NCBI GenBank assembly: GCA_013115145.1
Contig: JAAPAO010000182.1
Span: forward strand, 1-56,893
Reading direction: 5' to 3'
DNA length: 56,893 bases
DNA from: Perkinsus chesapeaki ATCC PRA-425
Lineage: Eukaryota > Protista > Perkinsozoa
Shown: piece by piece, positions 37,102 through 47,791 of the stretch
Position numbering within the stretch: position 1 is the stretch's first letter
How the letters are laid out: every line of letters starts with the position of its first letter
Notes under the pieces: generated by a model
The model's input: the letters and a program-made list of their open reading frames with translations, nothing else
What the model was told of the DNA's origin: nothing
The model's database searches: none
Made by a program: the position numbers and the translations under genes

Positions 37102-38507
37102 ATGTCTAACCACCCCGACGCCAAGGTGGTTTTCGTCATCGGCGCTACTGGCGTGGGAAAGACTAAGATGTCCCTCGACCTGGCACAGATCTTGGAGGGC
37201 GAGATCGTCGGTGCCGATTCAATACAAATGTATAAGTATTTCGACATCGCCAGTGCCAAGCCAAGTCGACAAGAGATTGGCACGGTAGGCTCTTAAGGAT
37301 AGTCAGTACAGCAGTGTTGCTCGTGTCAGGTGCCGCACCATCTAATAGACTGTGTCACTCCTAATGAGGATTACAACGTGGCCAGATATGTGAGTGGCGC
37401 GACGGCCGCGATTGAGGATATCGTTTCAAGGGGGAGAACTCCTATTGTAGTCGGAGGTAGGATGGATCATTTTTGGGATGATACCGTTTGATAAATGCAA
37501 TTTAAGCCCTACTCATCGCTTGTAGTGATGACTTGTTATAATAAGTGACAGTAGTCAGTGTACCTGTGATGGCTCAGCTGCGAGAGTTGTTTTAATATCC
37601 TACTATTCGCGTCGGGGAGCTCCACAGTAAAGTCAGTTATTTAACTAACACAGACAAGTCGCTCACGGTTGTTATGCTAATCTTGCCAGGCACGGTCCAG
37701 TACATCACAGCGCTCCTCTGGCCGATGTCGGCTCTGGAGCAAACCGTCCAGCCCGCCAATAGCACTAGCGAGATCTCTTCCTCCGATGAAGCGTCCAGCG
37801 ATCTCTACGCCAAGCTCCAGGCCGTGAACCCAGTAGCCGCCACCAAGCTGCATCCGCACGATTTAAGGCGCATCAAGCGGTGCTTGGAGCTCGGTGCGAC
37901 CACGGCGGAATCGGGAGAGTTGCGCTACGCCGGAGCGAGAGTCATCTGGCTCACGTGCGACGATAAGGAAGTCTATCGACGACGAGTATCGAAACGAGTG
38001 GACACGATGGTCTCCGAGGGCCTCCAAGATGAGCTCGAGCGGCTGGTTGTGCCGGGGATAAAAGACCGGACGCTGAAGTGGAACCGGGGACCTCTGCAGG
38101 GTATTGGCTATAAGGAGTTTCGGGAGTGGGTAGAGAATCCCTCCACCGAAAGCTGGGAACGATGCGTTGAGAAAGTGAAGACTGGCACTGTGAAGTACAG
38201 CCGGCAACAGGTGAAATGGATTCGCAATAAGATAGAACCGTTTCTAGAAGTTTGCCGCATCGACACAAGTCGAGCTGGCGAGAGCTGGCCGGAACTGGTG
38301 TCAATGGCGAGCGACTTTGTGAAGAAAGAAACAAAGAAAGTGGCGGTAATTGACAAGATTGAGTGGAAAAAATACGACTGTGAAATATGTGGCAAAGACG
38401 GAATAAATGGCCCGAATGAGTGGGAACAACATCTACACAGCAAGTTGCACAAAAGTCGAAAACGGAAAGCCAAGAGACAGTTGCAGGCGGAGCGAAGCGA
38501 TGTTTAG
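37102..38507 (+). CDS. TRIT1: tRNA dimethylallyltransferase (eukaryotic MOD5/TRIT1 type)
   Basis: IGATGVGKT P-loop, ADSIQMY, VPHHLID, PIVVG|GT, LHPHDLRRIKR, QGIGYKEF, YSRQQVKW, and C-terminal zinc finger CEIC...WEQHLHSKLH. Confidence 0.95.
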
Positions 38508-38578
38508 ATTCCTTTTTTGTGGTGTTGTTAATGAATGGAGGAATTGAGTCTACTTGAACAAAATGTTTGCCAGGATGA

Positions 38579-41500
38579 TCATGACGGCATTTTCTCTTCT
38601 TGCCGGCGTATTCTGCGGAACAAATCTGATTCTCGCGAGACAGCTGGTGCGGCCATAATGGCAGAGGTCGAAGATAAGGCTCGGATCTGCCAGCCATGAC
38701 TTCTCAACTGTCGATCAAGTACGCTTACTTCGTCACAAAGAAACCTGTCCAAGGCGCTGGTGTGGACGGAAGTCCCCAGGCCATCTCGTATCCGCATGAT
38801 AGAGCTCACGCGGCCATCAGATCCGTAAGCGCTATGCCTGAAAGCCGCATTCAAAACCACCTCCGTAACCGTGCCTATTAAGCTTCTTAAGGCTCTTTAA
38901 AGAAGCTTGTGAAATAGGCCCCAGGAGGTAGTCTACATTTCGCCCTGGCGGTACATTTCCTCCACAGCTTCCGTGTGCTTGTCAACTCTTCGAGTTGCCA
39001 CCATTCTCGATTGTGTCTGAGACTGTGTTGTCATTCGGGGGGTGGGTTGCCTACTTGATCATCTTTGCGAGATTCTCGTTTTGCTCTCCGGCCTAAGGCG
39101 GACGCCATGTGATGGAGGCGAACCTGACCGAAATAAAACATACTCATTATTATCTAGTTTGCTAGGGCTCCTCCAGGATAGTGCGGGCTTGATCCGGAAC
39201 GGTTTGATTCCGCCACACAAGGGTCTCCATTTAGTCAAGGACAGTTTCCAGGTCAAAAGGGATGGCTTGAATAATGTACAGAGGACACATGTGAGTCAAT
39301 ATAATAGATTAATGTGATGCTCTATGCTATGACGATGGCTCTCATGAAAGGATAGATCTGCTCTCAGATAGTTCCTCTTAAAATCAGATCGTCTTAGATT
39401 CCGGAATGTCCAAGCGAAGCTTCTGGACACTTCAAGAGTGTGCAGCAGGCATCAGCCATGAAGCATTATCCCTACATGAGCTCGTGCTGCTATAGCTTGT
39501 CGGCGTGCTGGGCCAATGCATTCGTTTACAGTGTTAGCCACATAGGCGTATCGGGCTGGTGTACCTGCTTCACGGTTAGCAGGCATTTCCTTAACAATAT
39601 CTCCTCACTCATTCGCTTGTGGGCCGGAGGCTGCAGTGCGGCCAAAGCGGACCCGAGCTCTCCCCACGTGGTGCTGCCGCTACCGGCTGTATCGAGGAGG
39701 CTGAATGCGACTGTACGGCACAGCATTGAAGGCTTTATGCGCTACTAGAAAATACAGTTCAAAGTCTGGTCGCGGATTGTTGTACGCCTAAGTCCGACGA
39801 GCCTTCTGATGAAGCGTTTGAAAGATGACAGGGTAAGAGTATCGGCGTCAGGAGGAGCTGAAACATCAACAGGTTGCGGAGCTCAGACGCGGACTGCCGA
39901 CGTACCGCTGGTCTCTGACTTCCTTCTCTGTTTGGCGACTCCAGCTGTAACCATCCACAATTTGCCCATAAGTCTAGAACAGATAGACCTCATCAAATTG
40001 CTGGCAATCGTGCCCACCTTGTGGCGTGCTGTTGCTGGGTATGCCGTACATCTGGCAAAGCTAATAACCATTGTAAGATGGTACTAGTCTTACTTTTCAG
40101 GCCGACTGATGCTGCTATTCTGGCAGCCTGCTCCGCCTTCGCACGGTGGTTCCATCGCTTAACTTCCTGGTCATGATGTCGCTTTTGAAACTCTTCAAGG
40201 GCATCTGGCACACTTCTATATTTACGCACCTAACAGTCGCAGGTTCGACCCCTGGCGAAGGTATCTCGTCTAACCAGCGGTGCCTGAATTTCCATCACGA
40301 GGATTTGTGGACAGAAGACAATGAGGCCGAGCATGAACTCGTATATCGGTATTTGCTCCATTCGCCCGCCGAGCGTGATCTTCCCGAAAAACCGTTTGGT
40401 CTCCGCGGGAAGAATTTGCAATGGCTCGAGAAGGCTGGCCTGAAACAGTTATCGAGAATCCCGCTCCTGGGCGTGGGAGCTGACATAGTCCTCCAATGAC
40501 AAAGCAAGTTGACCAGTGACGTCGACCAGGTACAACGCGTCCATAATTGCGTAGTAGCGGTTGATTATCTGATACACCACCTGTCGTGTTTTTGTGTAGG
40601 AGCGATACCTTCCTGCGGAACTCCGACAAACTGAAATCTGGCGTTGCAAGGCGAAGGCCCGAAACGAAATGCCTGAAGTGTGATTCTCAAGCCCGGAGGC
40701 GCAGGGTGGTTGCCTCAAAAGGAGGGGAGGGAAGTCGTCGTCGTCTTCGATCTCTGAATCTGTAGCGATGCCGCTGTCGGACGAGTTGGACGTGACGGTC
40801 TCTAGTTGCGAGGCATTGGCGCTCGACAGACGCTTACCTGCGATGACTCAAAGTCGCTGGATTAGGAGAACAGCTGGGTCTACTGCGAGTTGTAGAGCTG
40901 TCGGAACCTCTCCTGTCGATCCCAGCAGTGGGCTGATCGACCGAGTTGGCGGCCTGGTTTTGGACACTGTCCGTCTCATCATCATCGTTATCCGGTACAA
41001 GAGGAATCGCTGCCGGTATAGCATCAGATAAGAACTTATGGACGAGCTCAGCATGCCTAACAGTTAACGGCCTAAGTCCCACGACGGCACCTTGGCGTGC
41101 TTCGAGTTTACTCTGCGGGAAAGTTGAACTTCGCGGCGAGCTTCTTCATGTCCGATCTCGCGAGGTGTTGCTCCATACAATCTTCAGGGCTCCGCCGGAT
41201 GTTTAGGATCTTCGGGATGACTTTGTGGATTTGCAAAATATCGCACCTGCCATGGCGCTTGTAGAAGTGGGTGTGCTCCTCTACCACACTTTTCCTTCAT
41301 AACCCTTTGCATCTCCTCGAGGAATAGAAAAGGCGATACTGCAGTCATGGCGCTACACGGCAATATAAACATCGGAGCTGTGTGGAAGCACGCCACCTGA
41401 ACAGCTCTTCCTTGTCGAGGCCACCGCTGCCATCCAGATCAAGCTGCTTGAAGAGCAGCTCGGCCTCCTCGTGGAGCACGCCGCACTGCGAGATAACCTG

Positions 41501-43570
41501 CTCTCGCACTAGTTGGAACATCACCCGAAAATTGCCGCCGACCTTCACAAATTGCCTTTCATCCAGGCCGTCATCGGTCTCCAGCCAGATCTGCCCAATG
41601 TGGTTCAAGGCCGCCGACAGTGAACCGTACTTCATAATGAGCCGCCTGCATCAATCGATGTTAGTGCTGCCAGTGGAAAAAATCGCAAACCTGCGAAATC
41701 CCTCGAGGCTTGTTATTTCAGCGGCACTCTCGAGCGTGTCCATGAACTCCTGCACTGAAACTCCACCATCGCCGTTGATGTCAATCGCGTCGAATATCAT
41801 TCGAGCCTCGGCAAGGTCGCTGCAGATCTGAAGGATGGTGACTTTGATAACCGCCATTCCACTCTGCCGGTCACAAGTTAATTACCCGACGCCGACAACC
41901 TTCACAGTCTGAAGGTTGTCGGCACTACTCGGAAATGAAATGAATAACAGCGATGCCATTTGTGATAACAGCGTTTATTTGGGGTCATGAATCACTCTCA
42001 TACGCCTAGCATGTTGAAAGCAGTGCACTTCTGCCCCTTCCCCGATAGCTATGATGACGGGCGAGGCTTCCGTGCCAATCACTCACTTTGGTCTTGATAA
42101 GAGTGTTGCTGAATTCCTTTATTTTCATATCCCTTTCGGAGCCCACCAGAGCTATTCGCGAGAAGGCCTTCTGCAAGGAACCGAATCTTGCAATCAGCTT
42201 CTTTCGGAATCCTTGAAGGACCTGATCAATCGATTTTGTCACGAGCGGAGATGCTATCCAATCCCACCATTTGCTTGAATAGGATCGCGTTGCTCTTGGC
42301 ACGTTGTCGGTCTTCCCTGACGCGATCTCTTGAGGTCTCAGAGCCATCCCCGCGCGCCTTGGCTGTCGCGTAGCTAGGCTCGCACCTTGCCGCCTCAGTA
42401 ACGATCTCGATTATATCAGGACCGTATTTGTCTAAAGGGGGGCAATGATTTAAGCAGGCAGAAATAACGTCGGTTTTACTCAGAGCTTGTCGCCTTCTCT
42501 CCCGCGTATTCGTCGAGCGCTGCTGCATGAGGCTCTGCACAGTACAGACGAGTCACGTTGGAAACAAGGCCAGGCCCACCTCTCGAACTCGTCGCCATAA
42601 AATTTCATGCTCGTCAGTAACGTTCGCGGGAAAGATTTCGTCCAGTACCGACGCGACTTTGTATTCTGATTCTAGAGCTTCACCGCAGACCTGAAGGGCT
42701 CTCCAGGGAAGATGAGCCCCCATGGGAACGAACCTTGCCGTCTGCATATGTTGCAGCTTTTGGCAAGGGCGGCGGCAGCTGCTCCATTGCCGCCCTGGCC
42801 GAATTCCCAACGATGAAGCGCTGTATAAGCGAACCTATCAGAGGAGTAACAATAGAGGTTCTTAACGCAGTCGTCTCACCGTGCCTATACTTCGGGCATT
42901 GTTCTTGCTGGAGTACTGCCGTTGTGTCGAAATGACGTAACACTACGGAAGGTTTTCGAGCGGCGATCAGGAGGAGAGTCTCGCGGCTCACCTGGTCTCG
43001 TCCGTGACTTGTGAAGTATTGCTGTGGCTGGGCACTCCTCTGTAGCTCTGCCATAACATATCAGTTTGAAACTAGTTAGAAGCGAGCGCCTACTGTGATC
43101 GCTGTTGAGAACGTAATTTCTGATCCCACCGCGCCGATGCGTGTTGATGCAGACGGAATGCGATCTGCACACAGACACGTGAATGATGTTCGCAAAGGAC
43201 TTGTTTGTTGTGAAGTCGCGGATGCAAAACGTCTACCTCGGATCGTTCGGCCTGGTTAAAGCCTGACTCACCCCAGTGCGCTCGTAGCAGGTCTCCTGTG
43301 GAGTCTGGCAGGATAACAATTCAATAACAGTTTCCACGTTTCCATGATATCTTACAGCTCCGTTCGCCTGTCGACACCCACTTGGGATCAGAATTGAAGA
43401 GTCTTTGCTGTAGCGGACGATGCGGCGCGTGTGTCAAGTGATGGTGTGGCGCGATGGCTTTGATACGGGCGAGTGGTATCGGAGATACTAAACATGCCGA
43501 GATCGCCGGCCAGCATTAACACGGCCTGCTGACCTTCAACAATAGCTTCGGTTTCACGCTCGTCAGTCAT
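38579..43570 (-). CDS. Large multi-exon EF-hand protein
   Basis: EF loops DLDGSGGLDKEE and DINGDGGVSVQE, degenerate DTAGSGSTTWGE, and repeated (K/R)(Y/F)GSL..AF helices. Full exon chain not resolved; could be more than one gene. Confidence 0.6.
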
Positions 43571-43739
43571 TTTTGCAGTGCGTTCAGCATTGGCCCATCC
43601 GAACTGACTTATTGAACTATCCTTATTGACAAAGCAACACTTCAACCAAATCAATTGAAATATGCTTCCGAGGCTAAAGCCCAGGCAATAGTAGCTACCT
43701 TTTGAGACGAACGACAACGGCGGCAAAAGAGAATACGCT

Positions 43740-44558
43740 CTAGTGCGTCGGTAGGGTCAGCGAGGCAACGCTTTCCTCCAGCTTAGTTCCATAAGGCCGC
43801 CCCGGGACGAACTCGATAGCGTTAGGGGAAAGCCTGGTGTCGGGGAGCTTAGGCGCCGAGCGATTAAGAGGTTGAGGTGCACCCGAGGATTCCAACGTCG
43901 ACAAGATCTTCTTCAACTCGGCAGGGACCGATGTGTCGTAGATGTCAATCTCATCACAGCCTTCCTCCTTTATTATCTTGGTAATCTCCTCATCAGTCAG
44001 ACGTTTCACAGGCTTCCCAGTGCTCGTTTCCAAGCTCGGAAGATTCTTCGCCGACAACATGGCGTAAAGGCTTTCCGCGTACAACGGTGACTGCCGTCGA
44101 GTAGAGGGTTTCTGTAGCTGCTGGACTTGTCTGTTCTGCGCCGCCAGGAACCCTTGAGTTTGTGGCTTAGACTGTTGTTGTTGGTGAGGCTGGTAAGGCA
44201 TCTGTTGTTGGTGCCGTAGGAGCAATTGATGCAGTTGTTGCTGTTGAGAAGGTGACATGCCACCACCAGGGCTGTGCTCGATCGGCTGCTTAGATTGCTG
44301 TTCACCAAGTTGACCAGTTGTACCATAACCGTCGCTGAAGTTGTTAAGACCCGTTTGATCGTTGAGAAATAGACCTGAGTTTCCCAAGTAGCCACCACCC
44401 TTCCCAGCACTCATATCGAACCCTTCATTGGTAAGTTGGTGGTCATTGACGTTGAGGGAGTTTTTAGAGCCACCCAAATCCGAGCTGTTTTGAATGTAGT
44501 CACCGCTGTCCTCCTGTGAGCCTACAAGCTTGTTGAGTTCCGATATTTCCTGACCCAT
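43740..44558 (-). CDS. Intronless Gln-rich protein with C-terminal PAM2 (PABP-interacting) motif
   Basis: Long ORF with poly-Q tract and LSPNAIEFVP, matching the PAM2 consensus L(N/S)P.A.EFVP. First ATG at 44558. Confidence 0.75.
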   Translation of the reverse strand: MGQEISELNKLVGSQEDSGDYIQNSSDLGGSKNSLNVNDHQLTNEGFDMSAGKGGGYLGNSGLFLNDQTGLNNFSDGYGTTGQLGEQQSKQPIEHSPGGGMSPSQQQQLHQLLLRHQQQMPYQPHQQQQSKPQTQGFLAAQNRQVQQLQKPSTRRQSPLYAESLYAMLSAKNLPSLETSTGKPVKRLTDEEITKIIKEEGCDEIDIYDTSVPAELKKILSTLESSGAPQPLNRSAPKLPDTRLSPNAIEFVPGRPYGTKLEESVASLTLPTH

Positions 44559-44724
44559 CGCGAAAAGGACAACACGTGTGTTTCCGAAGACTCTGTGGGT
44601 TTTTTGAACGTGACCCCGTGTATAATCGTCGTGTAAAAAAATCCGATGTAGGAAACTTCCACAGTTTACATCGTCGTGGAAAGAGCACCGAAGAGTTGCG
44701 ACCCTCGTTGAGTTCTGCTTCAAA

Positions 44725-46027
44725 ATGTCCAACCTAAAGGCGGTGAAGACTCGTATGAAGTCTGTGACTTCTATTCAGAAGATCACCAAAGCCATGAAGG
44801 TAAGAAGCGGCAATCCTAATGGACGAACCTAATCCAGCTGCGACTAGTTCGCTCGATCCCTCCGAGCTCTACTGCCCCTTTAAAGGCTGGTTTATTTCTC
44901 TATAACCGATGCTTTAGTAGATATCTCAGTGTCGTGGCGTCTGCTAAGGGTGCTCGGGGATCACCGCGGTATGCCGGTTTCTGCTTTCAGATGGTTGCGG
45001 CTTCAAAGCTCCGAAGTGACGAGGACCGTGTGGTCAACGGCATGCCCTTCGCTCAGCCCGTTATTGACTTCTTCAAGAGGCTCCCTGTTGATGAGGGTAT
45101 CCCTAAGGGTGCGTCTCAGGCTCGTGTGTCGTTGCCGACGCTGTTCCCGTAAGGTCCCACGACAATAGTCGGTTTAACGTCGGATAAAGGCCTCTGTGGT
45201 GGCGTCAATTCCTCTATTACCAAGCGAGCTCGCGCTATGGTACTACCGGATCTCCACGAGTCTCTTATAGCATCGCATCTGGTCAGATTATGGAGGTCGA
45301 AGGTAACGGTGGTACAGCCAAGTACATAGGCGTTGGGGGCAAAGGCACCGCGGCGATGAAGAGGCTCTTTGCCGATCGTTTTGAAGTCTGCATGGAGGAC
45401 GTACGGCACTCGATGCTGGTGCATGTTCATGTTTCGCCGGTAGGTCCAAAAGCACCCCTGGAATTTCGCTCAAGCCAGCGCGGTCGCTGAGCGTGTGATT
45501 CGGAGCAAGCCGGAACGTTTGGTTATCCTATCAAACCACTTCAAGTCGGTTATTTCCTTCGACACCTGGGAGAACCGCGTCATCACAATGAAGGAATGTC
45601 AGGAGATGAACAGAGTACGAGGCTTAACAGTTTAGTGGCGCGCGGTCATGGGAGGATCCTTTCAGACGGAGTGGTCGAAGGCCGTGGACCAGTATTCGTT
45701 CGAGCCCTCCGTTTTCGAAGTCTTGGACGACCTTCACGATTTCTACGTCGCCAACTGCGTCTTCGGTTATATGCTGGACTCCATCGCAGCTGAGCAGAGT
45801 GCACGTAAGATACGCGGGAGAATCTTTAGGTCAGCTTGACCGCAGGTATGTCCGCAATGGAAAACGCTTCTAAGAACGCATCGGACATGATCGACAAGCT
45901 CAACCTACAGTAATCGGAACACTCTATAGGATAGCTGTAGATTCACTTTGTCAGGTTCAACAAGGCTCGCCAGTCTAAGATCACCACGGAGCTCTGTGAG
46001 ATTATATCTGGTGCGAGCAGCTTGTAG
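44725..46027 (+). CDS. ATP5F1C: Mitochondrial F1 ATP synthase gamma subunit
   Basis: MSNLKAVKTRMKSVTSIQKITKAMK|MVAASK, SDKGLCGGVNS, EQSAR|MSAMENASKNA and ARQSKITTELCEIISGA. Confidence 0.97.
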
Positions 46028-46213
46028 TGGTGACGATTTCCGCGCTGTGTGTTGATGATGATGATGACCGTTTCGTGTACTCTTTGATGAGAAGGGTTGA
46101 TTGATGATGCTCGATAGTCTCTCTAGACGGTTGCTGCTTTTTCTCAACCACAAGGATCGAGTTTCGTTCGCTCTCGGTGGAGGGATGGGTATCTTCCTCA
46201 CAGGCCCCTTTGA

Positions 46214-46718
46214 ATGTTGCTTCGATACGCCGCTGTAATAGTGGCAGGAATTGCTCTGATCTTCACGTAAGTGCATCATCACGGTTCATCATGGAGGTGA
46301 CTTTATCAGACTGGAGGGTTGCGGTGGGTGTGGAGGGTGCTGCTGCGGAATGTGCGCCTGCAAGGAGCATCATCCGACGGTACCGATTGAGACCTCGGAA
46401 TTGAGGGACCGAGTGCTTCGTCACCAACAAAGAATGAGAATACTGGAGAGGAAGGTCGAGGAGATAGACTGTGACTGTGATGAGGATGATAAGAAGGGAT
46501 CGACAAGTAGTGACCGCGCGCCGTTAAATTCGTGCCCTTATCCTCGTACCATTTTCGTAGCCCCCAGCAACAGTACTGCGTCACCACAGCTCTCTCGCCA
46601 GTCGAGCACTCTCAATGAGCCTCCCCCCTCGGCCGACCCTGTGAGACGATCGAGCTCCCTCAATCTGGAACCTCCAATGCCAATTGCAAGAGGCCCTCCA
46701 GGCGTTATGATGGACTGA
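46214..46718 (+). CDS. Signal peptide / LEGC Cys-cluster protein lacking the 4-Cys domain
   Basis: MLLRYAAVIVAGIALIFT|(GTAAGT..ATCAG, phase 2)|LEGCGGCGGCCCGMCACK, then a short coiled coil and Ser/Pro-rich tail. Confidence 0.75.
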
Positions 46719-46903
46719 GGTAGGCTACTATCTCCATGAACTTTGTTGCCGTATACTGCCTTAGATAAATTCGATGGATGGCATGCTGCTCAGTGTAATG
46801 CATGTTATGGTTAACCTTTGTTGAGAGCGCCTCTTGTGTTGTTGTCTCCTCTTTGACCGTTATAATGCAGTTCTATCCATCAAGCCCCTTTACCATCTAC
46901 ATT

Positions 46904-47791
46904 ATGAAGTTCTCAAAGTACACCAGCTCGATTACAGCTGCAGTCGCTGTACTCCGGTGAGTTCCTCTTCGGTTACACCGCATGACAATAACTTGGTGAA
47001 TCAGCCCGACTGTGGTATTTGGTCATGCTGCTGCAGGAGCAGCATTAATGCCCATCTCACTCGTTGAAGTTAAACAGACCGCCACCGTTCCTACTTGTAA
47101 GCTTTGGGCTCGCTGATCAACACATGGATCATTATTAGGTGTTCCGCTCGGCTTCCCAGCACCGGACACGTCAAACCCTCTTCGTCTGGCGCCCCCAGGA
47201 ACACCCCTCCTCCGGTTCGTAACAACGCTCCTGCGAGGACGACAGCTCCTCCTCCTCCGCCGCCGCCTCCAAGACCAACACCACGAAGAGAGGTGCCAAG
47301 TAGCAATCATCAGGCGTCATCGCAGGACTGGGCCAATGTAAGCAATTGTCGGTTGGGGTGTTATTAGCTGTTTGATACTAACCCGAATTTATGTTCAACT
47401 GGCTTTATTAGCTTTAGCTTCAACTGTTAGGTGAGCCCAACGGAAGTCGAGGCAAGTGGCAAGAAAAGCTGCACTATCCGCTCCAGTGACGGCAGTAAAA
47501 TCACTGTTTATTCTGAGCCGGCCGCCGGTGGTTCGATATATCCGAAGACAACTGCACAGTGCAAAATTGGGTAAGCTGACATTATCATCCTGACGGTAAA
47601 TGGAAGTCTTTTTCAGAGGAGTAATGAGAAGTGTTTTCCAATTTTTACGCGGACTTGAGCGCATCTTTGGCGATAAATTCAGCAGTTACTTCTTCAAAAT
47701 GGATTGTAAAGAAGTCTTTAGAAACACCGGCATCCAGGCAAGCAGTAACGATGAAGGTGTTGCTGAGATGTGCAGGAAGCTTACATCATAA
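46904..47791 (+). pseudogene. 4-Cys domain family member F (apparent 1-nt frameshift at about 47163)
   Basis: MKFSKYTSS...|..VEVKQTATVPT|CVPLGFPAP-[shift]-GHVKP...QDWAN|VSP...SCTI...AQCKIG|GVM...MDCKEVFRNTGI...AEMCRKLTS*. Confidence 0.65.
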
